Counted from the first letter of the stretch, positions 27,290 to 36,249 are shown. The stretch is DNA of 42,817 bases from an uncultured Gammaproteobacteria bacterium (GCA_964461825.1 CAYWVJ010000001.1:15917-58733); one strand, 5' to 3'. Program-made: numbers and translations. Notes: generated by a model from the letters alone, not told the origin.

Positions 27290-27877
27290 CTATTCGCCGC
27301 CTGCCGGAGTTGTTGGCGTGGGGGTAGCGGTGTCTTCTCCCAAAATAATGACGATCTGCGTTTCTTTCGTATTTGCGTCCGCGGAAATCGCGAGCGATCC
27401 GCTCCAACCCGTCTTTGTGATGCTTTCCGTCGTCGAATTGCCGGACGTAAATATATTCTCCACAGTCCAGCCGTTTTGGGCAAAGCCGCTCTTGTAAAAT
27501 GCCGAGACTTTATCAACGGAATCAGTTGCCGTCATGGTCAGCCAGAATCCGTTGTTTTTCCCGGACTGCGCGCCCGAGAGTGCACTCGTTACTTTGGCGC
27601 CGGGATACAGCGGAAAGTCTTTGGGGAACGTATCCGGCACTTTTCCCGTGCCGATGTCAACCTTTGCGCCGGTTTTGGAATCGGTAAACGTCACTTTTCC
27701 CTTTTCGAGATCGGAAATATTCGTTTTAATGCCTGTTCTATTTTCGATTGCGCCCTGGATGAGCCGCCTGGCAAAAAATCTGAGGAATATTGTCGTGCCG
27801 ATGCCGATAAGAAAAAGGAGGATAAGCAAGCCAACACCGATATACACGAGAGGATTTGTTTGTTTCTTTTCCGGCAT
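27290..27877 (-). CDS. N-terminally anchored extracytoplasmic protein, unknown function
   Basis: 195 aa with a single N-terminal TM, then a soluble domain ending in a Thr/Pro tail. Confidence 0.5.
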   Translation of the reverse strand: MPEKKQTNPLVYIGVGLLILLFLIGIGTTIFLRFFARRLIQGAIENRTGIKTNISDLEKGKVTFTDSKTGAKVDIGTGKVPDTFPKDFPLYPGAKVTSALSGAQSGKNNGFWLTMTATDSVDKVSAFYKSGFAQNGWTVENIFTSGNSTTESITKTGWSGSLAISADANTKETQIVIILGEDTATPTPTTPAGGE

Positions 27878-27889
27878 ATTGCCACTCTA

Positions 27890-28144
27890 TCATGAATATT
27901 TCGGAATGACAATAGTCTTCTTGCCGTTTACCGGAACGTCAAGAAGATATCCCAACGCATTGGCAACCGCCGCCCCGACGCGAAGGCCGGTAAACGAACC
28001 CGGGCCGCTATTTACCTCGATTTCCGTGACATCGGATATTCCGAGCTCCTCGATAAGCGGCAGCAGCGACTCACCTGTTTTGCCAACCGCTCCTTTGGTC
28101 ACTGAAGCCCAGCGGATGCGCGACGTGTCGATTGCGAGTTTCAT
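27890..28144 (-). CDS. tsaB: Truncated TsaB/YeaZ-like protein (84 aa, N-terminal subdomain only)
   Basis: 'MKLAIDTS' and 'SGPGSFTGLRVGAAVANALG' are TsaB hallmarks. The ORF ends about 130 aa earlier than canonical TsaB. It is ATGA-coupled to tsaC. Confidence 0.6.
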   Translation of the reverse strand: MKLAIDTSRIRWASVTKGAVGKTGESLLPLIEELGISDVTEIEVNSGPGSFTGLRVGAAVANALGYLLDVPVNGKKTIVIPKYS

Positions 28145-28704
28145 AAATCAACCGCCCCCTGACGGATAATTATATACGGATTCACGGAACAGTCGACAAC
28201 AGTGGATGCGCGTTTTATTGTGCACTCGCCGGGTACGACATAATCAACGAGTTTCGTGAGGCTTGGGTTTAAGTCATCAGTCGAGTAGGGCGTCGGCTCC
28301 CCGTGAAAATTCGCCGACGGACCCAACACCGGAACGCCGGCTCCGCGGATAATCCCCAGGATCGTTTCGTGGTTTGGCATGCGAAGACCGACATTTGGGC
28401 CGCCGGCTCGGATGGGGGAGTAGACAAGATTTTTTTTGCACGCTGCAACAATCGTCAGCGCCCCGGGCCAATACGTTTTCATGAAACGTCGTACAATATC
28501 AGAAGGGGAATCAAAATACTGCAGTGCCATCGCTTCGGAACCGACCAATACCGGCATTGCCTGCGTCGCCGGTCGTTTCCGTATGGTAAATAACCGGTCA
28601 ACGGCAGCCCGGTCGTCAATCCTGCACCCTATACCGAATGCCGTATCGGTGGGATAAATGATAATTCCCCCTTTTTTGACAATTTCTAATGCTTTCGTAT
28701 CCAT
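28141..28704 (-). CDS. tsaC: L-threonylcarbamoyladenylate synthase (YrdC-type, no Sua5 domain)
   Basis: 'IIIYPTDTAFGIGC', 'RKRPATQAMPVLV' and 'LRMPNH'. Confidence 0.85.
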   Translation of the reverse strand: MDTKALEIVKKGGIIIYPTDTAFGIGCRIDDRAAVDRLFTIRKRPATQAMPVLVGSEAMALQYFDSPSDIVRRFMKTYWPGALTIVAACKKNLVYSPIRAGGPNVGLRMPNHETILGIIRGAGVPVLGPSANFHGEPTPYSTDDLNPSLTKLVDYVVPGECTIKRASTVVDCSVNPYIIIRQGAVDL

Positions 28705-29096
28705 AACTCATGTCTCCCGTCATCAAGCACCCGAAACGTTATGTCCGTCCGCTGCGGCGGAAGGAAACTTCCCAGCTTTTCCGCCCATTCGACGACGACG
28801 TACGCGCCGGGGTCCGCAAAAATTTCCGAAAGTCCCAGTTCGTCCAGATCTTCCTCCTTTTGCACGCGGTACAAATCCATGTGATAAAAAAATTTCGCAT
28901 CACCCGTACGATAACGTCGCACAATAATAAAGGTCGGGGAGAGGAGTCGGTCGCCGATCCCCAGTCCCCGCGCAAATCCCTGCGTAAATGTCGTTTTTCC
29001 GCTTCCCAAATCGCCGTACAGACAGATAATGCGTTCCCCGTCTTTTGCAAACTGCTCCCCTACCAGTGCTGTCTGAGTCGCGTCTTTCGTTATCAC
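28686..29096 (-). CDS. tsaE: tRNA t6A ATPase TsaE (YjeE)
   Basis: 'LYGDLGSGKTTFTQG' P-loop, 'SPTF' and 'HMDLYR'. It starts at GTG 29096; no in-frame ATG lies nearby. Confidence 0.85.
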   Translation of the reverse strand: MITKDATQTALVGEQFAKDGERIICLYGDLGSGKTTFTQGFARGLGIGDRLLSPTFIIVRRYRTGDAKFFYHMDLYRVQKEEDLDELGLSEIFADPGAYVVVEWAEKLGSFLPPQRTDITFRVLDDGRHELWIRKH

Positions 29097-29103
29097 GCAT
29101 CAA

Positions 29104-29952
29104 TTATACATGAGGTTTGGTAAAAACAAAGACGAACGAGAGGATTCCTGCGCCAACTCCGACCAACCCCAGTGCCGCTCCGGCGACGCGGAAATCTGCC
29201 GGCGCGGTGGCAGCGGGAGGCGGCAGGGGCTCGTTTGTTTCACCCAACACAGCGCCTTCCGTTGACGCCGTCGGGTTGACGTACGGCGTCGGCGTGGGCA
29301 TACCGGTGGCGGTCGGCGTGGGCGTATGACGGGGAGCGGGCGTTGCGGTCGGCGTGGGCCGGGGAATCGGCGTCGGCGTCGGGCTGTCGGTCGGGGTCGG
29401 CGTTGGCGCCTCTGATTCCTGAAACGCTATATCGTCGAAATACGCTGACGCAGGCACGCCTGCGGTCTTGCTCGTAAGCACCGCGCGGATTTTTGCGGAT
29501 TTCGCACTTGCCGGAGCCTGAACGATCTGATCAAACTGCGCCCACTGGCCGTCTGCATTGGCGGCTTTATTCGTGTCGTTGGGCTGGGACAACTGTGTTC
29601 CGCTGGCGTCCGCCGAACTGTACCACGCAACGCGCAAAAAATACGCATCAGCATTGACGTCATCTGACGTACCGAATCCTGAAATTTCATAAAACATGCC
29701 GCCCTCAAGGTTTGCAATTGCCTGCTGAAATCCGTACGAACTCGCGCTGTCGTTGGTTACCCTGAGTGCATACGCGCCGCTATGCACGGGTTGCGCAGAG
29801 ATCGTCGCAACCGATCCTCCGCCTGACGTTTTCCACGGATCGACAGCGCCGGATTCAAAATCCGCATTCAACAGCAAATTGGCCGCATATACCGGAGGAT
29901 GAAAGATTAAAATTAACGCAATAAGACCAACCAACCGATACCACTGTACCAT
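29104..29952 (-). CDS. Secreted CBM4/9-like carbohydrate-binding protein with a Pro/Thr linker and a C-terminal TM anchor
   Basis: The ATG at 29952 opens the signal peptide '[23 protein letters not shown]'. '[11 protein letters not shown]...WKTSGG' resembles a CBM_4_9-type jelly-roll. The C-terminus is hydrophobic: '[21 protein letters not shown]'. Confidence 0.6.
   Translation of the reverse strand: MVQWYRLVGLIALILIFHPPVYAANLLLNADFESGAVDPWKTSGGGSVATISAQPVHSGAYALRVTNDSASSYGFQQAIANLEGGMFYEISGFGTSDDVNADAYFLRVAWYSSADASGTQLSQPNDTNKAANADGQWAQFDQIVQAPASAKSAKIRAVLTSKTAGVPASAYFDDIAFQESEAPTPTPTDSPTPTPIPRPTPTATPAPRHTPTPTATGMPTPTPYVNPTASTEGAVLGETNEPLPPPAATAPADFRVAGAALGLVGVGAGILSFVFVFTKPHV
29281..29409 (-). 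repeat. Low-complexity (Pro-Thr)n coding repeat
   Basis: Encodes '[42 protein letters not shown]'. The plus strand shows reiterated ggcgtcggcgt/ggtcggcgtggg units. Confidence 0.85.
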
Positions 29953-29960
29953 ATATATAT

Positions 29961-31127
29961 CTACTGCACGTGGAGATAAAAACTTACGATGCCGTCGCCC
30001 TGATCGATGTATTTGAGTTTGATGACGCTGCTTGTACCGCACGACTGCGTTGATGAATAGAGCGTTCCGTCGGCCGCCGCCCTGATGACGATGCTTGAGG
30101 AGGACACCATGTCGAAACCCGTATGAATGCCGCCTGCATAGGTATACCGCCACGACCAGGGCGTTACGCCGTATCGCTGCGTGATGGTTATCGGATCCGA
30201 CAAGGGCCAGTCCCAGCTCCCGCTGCCGACCGTCCACGACCCGCCGTTCTGGTCGTCCCGCACGGTCTTATTCGAAAGATAGCCCGCCGGATCAACCCAT
30301 GTTCCGTTTTTGCGCACCTCAAAATGCAGATGTGCGCCGGTTGAACAGGCCGGATATCCGCTGTTACCCACGAGCGCGATGGGGTCCCCGCGTTTTACGG
30401 GTCCTACCTTTGTGGCGCTTACAAGCGCTATATCAATCGCCTGTTTCTCCGCCAGCGCCTGCGCCAGAAGCCTCTGGTAAATCGTTTCCTGCCCCTGCGT
30501 CTGCGTTAGAAGCTCGTCCTTTGCTTTCTTTTGACTCGTAAGGTCCGCCTTCTGTGCAACCAGATCATTCTGCAGCTCTTTCAGCTGATTTTTCTTGTCC
30601 TCGCGGGTTTTTTTACTCTCGTTATAACTGTTTTGAGTTGTTTTCACCTGAAAAACCAGCGCGGCGTCCTCCTGCTGTACTGCCTGCACGTATTTCATCC
30701 GCGTGAGAAAATCAAAAAAATTCCGGCTCAGTAACAGCGTGCCGAATTGCGGAACCGATGCGCGTTTATACGCGGCAGGAATGCGTTTTGCTAAAAGATC
30801 CAGGCGGACAGTTAAAATACCCTCGAGCCGCGCGACTTCGGTTTCGAGTTTGTTGATTTCATTAAGCAGCGTGTTAATTTTTATCTGCGCAGCGTCGATC
30901 CGCAGGGTCGTCAGTTTAATCTGATTATCCATGTAGCTTATCTCGCCGGAGAGCGATTTTTCCTTACTTTTGCACGCGGTTACTAAATTCGTGTAGCAAT
31001 CGGCGCGTCTTTGTGCGTCAGAAAGCGATGAACAGGGGTCACCTTCACACGCGGACTGGGCAAGGATCCTCACCGGAAGTAGGAAAGTAACGAGGGAAAA
31101 AATGAGTATCCATTGAATCCTCTTCAT
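29961..31127 (-). CDS. Secreted coiled-coil plus M23/LytM metallopeptidase (PcsB/EnvC-like, FtsEX-associated), with the catalytic domain apparently circularly permuted
   Basis: The ATG at 31127 opens the signal peptide '[25 protein letters not shown]'. Residues about 60-235 are coiled coil. '[18 protein letters not shown]' (HxH) lies at aa 254-271 and 'GGIHTGFD' (HxxxD) at aa 332-339. It sits immediately downstream of ftsX. Confidence 0.8.
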   Translation of the reverse strand: MKRIQWILIFSLVTFLLPVRILAQSACEGDPCSSLSDAQRRADCYTNLVTACKSKEKSLSGEISYMDNQIKLTTLRIDAAQIKINTLLNEINKLETEVARLEGILTVRLDLLAKRIPAAYKRASVPQFGTLLLSRNFFDFLTRMKYVQAVQQEDAALVFQVKTTQNSYNESKKTREDKKNQLKELQNDLVAQKADLTSQKKAKDELLTQTQGQETIYQRLLAQALAEKQAIDIALVSATKVGPVKRGDPIALVGNSGYPACSTGAHLHFEVRKNGTWVDPAGYLSNKTVRDDQNGGSWTVGSGSWDWPLSDPITITQRYGVTPWSWRYTYAGGIHTGFDMVSSSSIVIRAAADGTLYSSTQSCGTSSVIKLKYIDQGDGIVSFYLHVQ

Positions 31128-31132
31128 GCATG

Positions 31133-32035
31133 CTATATCCTGAGAAATCGTGCGACCGCGATCATGCTGCCGACTGCGCCCAAGAAAAAACCGATAACGA
31201 GCATCCCCGCCAGAAATCCGAACGTCGCCAAAAGAAACGGCGTACTCCCGACCGTCGTCAATACAAGCGACACGGCCGGAATCATCCCTAAAAATCCCAG
31301 AATTATCGGCCGCACCCACACAATGAGCGCGATGATGATGATCCATGATACGCCCGCGCCTATCGTGCCGTACAAACCCCCCTCCAGAAGAAAAGGCATG
31401 CGGATGTACCACGGGGATGCGCCGACAAGCGTAAGAATTTCTATTTCCTCCCTGCGCAGCGCTATCTTCATGCCGATCACGGTCATGATGATAAGCAGTG
31501 AATCAATGCCCAGCAGTATCGCGAGCGTGCCGCCGACGAGCCGGATGGCGTTCGTCCAGCTTAATAGCGCCTCAACGATGTCTCTTTGGAATACGACCTC
31601 CTCGACTCCTTGGGCCTGTTTTATCGTCGGTTCGAGATCCTTCAGGAATTTCGGATCAACCGCCGACACCTCAAGAGAAGCGGGCAGTATGTCAGCCGTC
31701 ACCATCTCCAAAAGAAGCGGGTCGTTCTTATTCTGTTCTCGGTAAATTGCAAGCGCGTCTTCTTTTGATACGTATTTGGTTGAAGCAACTTTTCCCGTCT
31801 CCGTCAGCGTTTTGGCGAGCGAATCCGAATCCTGCTTCGTTGCTTTATCGGCAAAAAACACCGTTATCTGCGGCTTGCTTTCGAAATACGAAAGCACAAA
31901 AACTGAAGCCAAACTTGCGATAAAAAATACGCCGCCGACCAAAAACGTCAGAAACATCGTAAGAATCGCAGCCGTTGCCTGATACGGACTGCGTCGGGCA
32001 TGACGCCAAATTTTCGACAGCACCCCGGAACTCAT
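31133..32035 (-). CDS. ftsX: Cell-division ABC transporter permease FtsX
   Basis: 300 aa with the topology TM, large extracytoplasmic loop, then 3 TM. It is ATGA-coupled to ftsE. Confidence 0.85.
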   Translation of the reverse strand: MSSGVLSKIWRHARRSPYQATAAILTMFLTFLVGGVFFIASLASVFVLSYFESKPQITVFFADKATKQDSDSLAKTLTETGKVASTKYVSKEDALAIYREQNKNDPLLLEMVTADILPASLEVSAVDPKFLKDLEPTIKQAQGVEEVVFQRDIVEALLSWTNAIRLVGGTLAILLGIDSLLIIMTVIGMKIALRREEIEILTLVGASPWYIRMPFLLEGGLYGTIGAGVSWIIIIALIVWVRPIILGFLGMIPAVSLVLTTVGSTPFLLATFGFLAGMLVIGFFLGAVGSMIAVARFLRI

Positions 32036-32718
32036 TTTTTCCCCTTTCTGTACCGTCCCTTTGCTTCATCGCTCACGACTTTTCCCTCGTGCAGCGTAAT
32101 CGTCCGGCGCTTAAGATCGTTGACGATGTTCGCGTTGTGCGTCGCCATGATGATTGTCGTGCCGATTTTATTAATTTCCGTCAAAATATCGAGTATCTCG
32201 TACGACGTATCAGGATCGAGATTACCGGTGGGTTCGTCCGCCAAAAGTATTGACGGACCGCCGACGAGCGCGCGCGCTATACCTGTCCGCTGCATTTCCC
32301 CTGCCGAAAGTTCTCGCGGGAAAAAATCTTTTTTATGCCCCAGACCGACCAGCTCCAAAACATCGTTAACTCTGGTGGCAATTTCGCGGTCGTTTTTTCC
32401 TAAAATCTCCAGCCCCAACGCCGCATTTTCATATACCGTCCGGTCCGTAAGCAGTTTAAAATCCTGAAATACCGTGCCGACTTTCCGCCGCAGGAGATGC
32501 ACGTCCCGCGCGGGAATAGTTTCCAGCTGCAATGAATCAACGTGAATTGACCCGGACGTCGGAACAAGATCGCGTATGAGAAGCCGCAGCAGCGTGGTTT
32601 TGCCTGCACCGGACTGTCCGATGAGAAACACAAACTCCCCGTCGGGAATCTCAAGGGTAACATCGGAAACCGCCGGGTGTCCCGAAAACTTTTTGGTGAC
32701 GTTTGTAAAACGAATCAT
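32032..32718 (-). CDS. ftsE: Cell-division ABC transporter ATPase FtsE
   Basis: 'GQSGAGKTT' Walker A, 'LSAGEMQR' signature and 'ILLADEPTGNLD' Walker B. The start is at ATG 32718 (MIRFTNV). Confidence 0.92.
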   Translation of the reverse strand: MIRFTNVTKKFSGHPAVSDVTLEIPDGEFVFLIGQSGAGKTTLLRLLIRDLVPTSGSIHVDSLQLETIPARDVHLLRRKVGTVFQDFKLLTDRTVYENAALGLEILGKNDREIATRVNDVLELVGLGHKKDFFPRELSAGEMQRTGIARALVGGPSILLADEPTGNLDPDTSYEILDILTEINKIGTTIIMATHNANIVNDLKRRTITLHEGKVVSDEAKGRYRKGKK

Positions 32719-32723
32719 GACAG

Positions 32724-33194
32724 CTACTGGAGTTCGACACGGCCGACATCCATGAGCCATGCTGCTTTTTTGGCAGCCATCGTCTGCCCGTAGACTTTTA
32801 CTTTCTTACCGACGTATTGGTCAAGGTCGACGACCGACGAAATGAGCGTCACGGTTTGTGAAGGTCCTCCGTCCCGGATTAATGAGTGCGTTCCTTCTCC
32901 GTCTGTGCCGCCTTTTTGAATAACGCCCACGGCGGAATCTTTAAACGTTGCGGTATCCGTGCTGCCGGCGGCTTTTCCGCTGTTAACCGCTGCCGGTGCG
33001 GCACCGCTTCTGGTCGTGCGCGCCGAGCCCGACAACAGGTACCCCGTTCCGATACCCAAAAGAATAAGAACAACGTATACACCGATGATCGTTCGCGATG
33101 TCAGCAATTTCATAAATGACCCGTTATCGTCTTCAGGCTCGATCGGGCGGATCGGCTCGGGGACAACGGTCTTTTGTTTCTCGACCGGCGCCAT
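32724..33194 (-). CDS. Single-TM anchored protein, unknown function
   Basis: 156 aa with one TM ('IIGVYVVLILLGIGTGYLL') and a soluble C-terminal domain. Confidence 0.45.
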   Translation of the reverse strand: MAPVEKQKTVVPEPIRPIEPEDDNGSFMKLLTSRTIIGVYVVLILLGIGTGYLLSGSARTTRSGAAPAAVNSGKAAGSTDTATFKDSAVGVIQKGGTDGEGTHSLIRDGGPSQTVTLISSVVDLDQYVGKKVKVYGQTMAAKKAAWLMDVGRVELQ

Positions 33195-33211
33195 ATCCCC
33201 ATTATCACCTG

Positions 33212-34222
33212 TTATGCAATTTTTTTCAAGTAAGCGATGATAAAGTCCTCGATGTCGCCGTTTAACACGCGTTCAGTGTTACTCGTTTCGTGCTGCGTCC
33301 GCACGTCTTTGACCATGTGATACGGGTGCAAAACGTATGAACGGATCTGGTTCCCCCAGCCCGGCGTTTTATACACGCCGCGCACCGATTTTTCCTCCCG
33401 CAGACGCTTTTCTTCTTCCAGCTCCCACAGCTTTGCCCGCAGGATTTTGAGCGCATATTCGCGGTTTTGCCCCTGATAGCGCTGCGCCTGGCTGGTTATG
33501 ACGATGCCCGTCGGTTTATGTTTGAGGCGGACAGCAGTGGAAACCTTGTTTACGTTCTGCCCGCCTTTGCCGCCGCTGCGGAAAAAATCCCACTCGACGT
33601 CGCTTTCTTTGATCGCAACGTCCGCAGTTTCATCCAGAACCGGCAGCACCTCGACCATCGCAAACGACGTCTGCCGAAGCTTGTCCGCGTTAAACGGCGA
33701 CTGCCGTACGAGCCGGTGTACGCCTGCTTCCGCTTTGAGAAATCCGTACGCGTAGCGTCCGGTTACGGAAAGTGTCACGCTTTTGATGCCGGCTTCGTCA
33801 CCGGGCGTATAATCGATTTCTTCCGCCGTCCAGCCTTTGCGTTCGATGTAGCGCGTGTACATCCTTAGCAGCATGCTCACCCAGTCCATCGCTTCCGTCC
33901 CCCCCTGTCCGGCGTGAACGGAAAATATCGCATCGCCGCGGTCGTACGGCCCGGAAAGATACAGCGCAAATTCCATGCGGTTCAGTTCCTGTTCCAGTTC
34001 TTTTTCTTTCCCTTCTTCTATATAGAGCGAGAGCATCTCACCTTCCTCAACTTCCTTCGTAAGCGACGCAAGTTCTTTCATTTTCTGCGTTGCCGTCTCT
34101 CTCTCATTCCAGAAATCCGGGTGCGATGAAGCCGCCTCGATCTCCCGCATCTGCCGCTTTTTACCGTCAATGTCCAGTTTCGTCAGAAGCTCTTTTGCGC
34201 GCTTGACCAGCGTTTCATCCAT
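33212..34222 (-). CDS. prfB: Peptide chain release factor 2, contiguous with no programmed frameshift
   Basis: 'SPF' tripeptide ('RQSPFNA') and '[16 protein letters not shown]' (GGQ). The ATG at 34222 has GGAGG 8 nt upstream. The track start at 34237 is GTG. Confidence 0.92.
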   Translation of the reverse strand: MDETLVKRAKELLTKLDIDGKKRQMREIEAASSHPDFWNERETATQKMKELASLTKEVEEGEMLSLYIEEGKEKELEQELNRMEFALYLSGPYDRGDAIFSVHAGQGGTEAMDWVSMLLRMYTRYIERKGWTAEEIDYTPGDEAGIKSVTLSVTGRYAYGFLKAEAGVHRLVRQSPFNADKLRQTSFAMVEVLPVLDETADVAIKESDVEWDFFRSGGKGGQNVNKVSTAVRLKHKPTGIVITSQAQRYQGQNREYALKILRAKLWELEEEKRLREEKSVRGVYKTPGWGNQIRSYVLHPYHMVKDVRTQHETSNTERVLNGDIEDFIIAYLKKIA

Positions 34223-34224
34223 AC

Positions 34225-34773
34225 CTATATCCTCCACGCGCGGGACGCGAGTGCTATCGAAAACATGCCGGTCGCGTTGAGCGCAAACGACACGAGTGCA
34301 AACCGCAGCGAACTCATGCCGGCGATATCCATGAGACTCACTCCCAGTTCGTCCGGAAGCGGCGACATAATGATGAGCGCGCCGATGACCGGCAGCGTCC
34401 AGCGGAAATATCTGGTGTGCAGCAAACGGGTCAGGTGGTTCCCGCCGAATTTTTTATAGAGCGGGACGATCTCATCGGCAAGATCATCCCTGATGACGTG
34501 AAAAATCGTTAGATCCGCAGCCACCCCGCCGAGCCCTGCGGCAACGGCTATCTGCCACGGCGGCACGTCCCTGGCAAGTACAACCAGAATAACGGCGCCG
34601 ACCGAGACGGTAAACGAACTCGAAAACAGGAGTCCGGCGGCAAACACGCCGACCAGCCCGAAATCTTTAAGGCCGACGAGCATCTGTTGAAACGCAGGCA
34701 AACGGACTACCAGTGCGGTACCAACGACGCTCAACGCCAGAAGCAGGAGATTTTTATGTTTGTGCCGGATCAT
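34225..34773 (-). CDS. Multi-TM membrane protein (weak DedA/VTT-like features)
   Basis: 182 aa with 4-5 TM segments and a 'SPLPDELG' loop. Confidence 0.45.
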   Translation of the reverse strand: MIRHKHKNLLLLALSVVGTALVVRLPAFQQMLVGLKDFGLVGVFAAGLLFSSSFTVSVGAVILVVLARDVPPWQIAVAAGLGGVAADLTIFHVIRDDLADEIVPLYKKFGGNHLTRLLHTRYFRWTLPVIGALIIMSPLPDELGVSLMDIAGMSSLRFALVSFALNATGMFSIALASRAWRI

Positions 34774-34778
34774 GTGAT

Positions 34779-35567
34779 CTATTTTACCAGAAGCGTGAGC
34801 AAAAAGATCATAAGCGCGATAAGAACGATCGAACCGCCCGACGAAAGGTTAAGATAGAACGAAGCCGTGATGCCGCTCACAACGGAAAATACCGACAACG
34901 CTTCCGCAATAAGGAGCGTCTGCCGGAAACTTCTGCGGAACCTGAGTGCCGTAACGACCGGGATGACGATCAGCGCGGAAATAAGAAGGACGCCGACGAT
35001 CGGAATCGCAAGTGCGATGGTCAGGGCCGTCAGCGCGATAAAAAGCAGATTCAGCAGTTTCGTCGGAATACCGCTCACGAAGGCGGATTCCTCATCAAAC
35101 GTGATGTAGATGAGTTCTTTGAAAAACGCGGAAAGTGCCAGAAATACGACGATACTCAAACCCGCTATGACGACGACGTCCGTCTGCGAAACCGTCAGAA
35201 TGCTCCCGAAGAGGTAGTTGAACAGATTTACGGTAAACCCTTTTGACAGGCCGACGAGAATGATTGCGAACGCCAGACTCCCGGACAGGAACATCGCAAG
35301 CGCGGATTCGCCGTAAACTTTTTTTGCTACGAGTCTGTCAATCGCGATCGACGAGAGTACTGCCGTGCCGATTGCGGTAAGAAACGGATTGAGCCCGAAA
35401 AATAACCCGACGGCAACCCCTGCGAGCGAAACGTGCGCCAGCGTATCGGCAATGAGCGAAAATCTGCGCAGCACGAGAAATATGCCGATAAGCGGCGCAA
35501 CAAGCGCAACAACGATCCCCGCCTCGAGACCTCGGAGGACAAACGAGTACTGCAGAAGATTATCCAT
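34779..35567 (-). CDS. Metal (Zn/Mn-type) ABC transporter permease, ABC-3 family
   Basis: Typical ZnuB/MntB/TroC-like multi-TM sequence ('LVAPLIGIFLVLRRFSLIADTLAHVSLAGVA'). The start is at ATG 35567. Confidence 0.85.
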   Translation of the reverse strand: MDNLLQYSFVLRGLEAGIVVALVAPLIGIFLVLRRFSLIADTLAHVSLAGVAVGLFFGLNPFLTAIGTAVLSSIAIDRLVAKKVYGESALAMFLSGSLAFAIILVGLSKGFTVNLFNYLFGSILTVSQTDVVVIAGLSIVVFLALSAFFKELIYITFDEESAFVSGIPTKLLNLLFIALTALTIALAIPIVGVLLISALIVIPVVTALRFRRSFRQTLLIAEALSVFSVVSGITASFYLNLSSGGSIVLIALMIFLLTLLVK

Positions 35568-36249
35568 ACGGACTTTCCTTCGGGTCGCCGAAATATATGA
35601 GTTTTTGGTTGATGAGGGCAATGTGCGAGACTTCTTTTTTCACGCGTTCGATGTCATGCGCAATAAGAACGAGCGTCATCCCGAGCTGCTGATGAAACCG
35701 CTTGAGGAGCGCATAAAACTGGATCTGCGCCTTCTCGTCAATGCCGGTCGTGGGTTCATCCAGAAAGATCACCCGCGGCGGGTGGCCGGCAATCGCGCGC
35801 GCGATAAATGCGCGTTGCTGCTGACCGCCCGAAAGGTTACCGATGAGCGTGTGCGCGTACCCTTCAAGTCCCACTTCCTTTATCGCCCCGGCAACCGCCA
35901 GCTGATCGCTTTTCGTCATGGCATGCAACAGTCCCCGCTGGGCAATTCTCCCCTGCGCCACGACGTCGTGAACGGAAATGGGGAAGTCTTTATCGAAATG
36001 GGTAACGTCCTGCGCAACGTAGCCGATTGACGCAATTGATTTGGTAATCGTTCCCGAGTCCGGTGAAAGTAACCCGAGAATGAGCTTCATGAGCGTTGAT
36101 TTTCCTCCCCCGTTGGGTCCGATGATGCCCAGATAATCGCCTTCATGGATGGAAAGCGATACGCCGGCAACCGCGTTTTCCGCTTTGTCATATGAATACG
36201 AAACGTTGCGGAGCGTAATAATGTCTTTTGTATGGTCTATGAGTTGCAT
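35560..36249 (-). CDS. Metal ABC transporter ATP-binding protein (ZnuC/MntA-like)
   Basis: 'GPNGGGKST', 'LSGGQQQR' and 'IFLDEPTTGID'. Confidence 0.88.
   Translation of the reverse strand: MQLIDHTKDIITLRNVSYSYDKAENAVAGVSLSIHEGDYLGIIGPNGGGKSTLMKLILGLLSPDSGTITKSIASIGYVAQDVTHFDKDFPISVHDVVAQGRIAQRGLLHAMTKSDQLAVAGAIKEVGLEGYAHTLIGNLSGGQQQRAFIARAIAGHPPRVIFLDEPTTGIDEKAQIQFYALLKRFHQQLGMTLVLIAHDIERVKKEVSHIALINQKLIYFGDPKESPYG

Noticed and set aside
29104-29190. The C-terminus of the CBM protein, considered as a sortase (LPXTG) or PEP-CTERM sorting signal.
   Set aside because: A hydrophobic segment plus a short basic tail is present. The preceding sequence ('[21 protein letters not shown]') contains neither LPXTG-like nor PEP motifs. 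It is treated as a plain C-terminal anchor.
29953-30237. N-terminal extensions in the ORF track, for example 29104-30237, 29961-31412, 12981-14597, 18183-19730, 19607-20830 and 39233-40090.
   Set aside because: The extensions are Arg/His-rich, overlap the upstream gene by hundreds of nt, and precede an internal Met. That Met opens a signal peptide or TM or a conserved N-terminus, and often forms an ATGA junction. The internal starts were used.
34140-34222. Programmed +1 frameshift site in prfB.
   Set aside because: The reading frame is continuous from the ATG at 34222 through the region homologous to the frameshift site. No in-frame TGA or CTTTGAC motif was seen.
36242-36249. A second copy of the operator half-site AGTTGCAT at the ABC ATPase start codon.
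   Set aside because: It is a single 8-mer half-site with no inverted partner. It lies in coding sequence and overlaps the ATG, which is compatible with chance.
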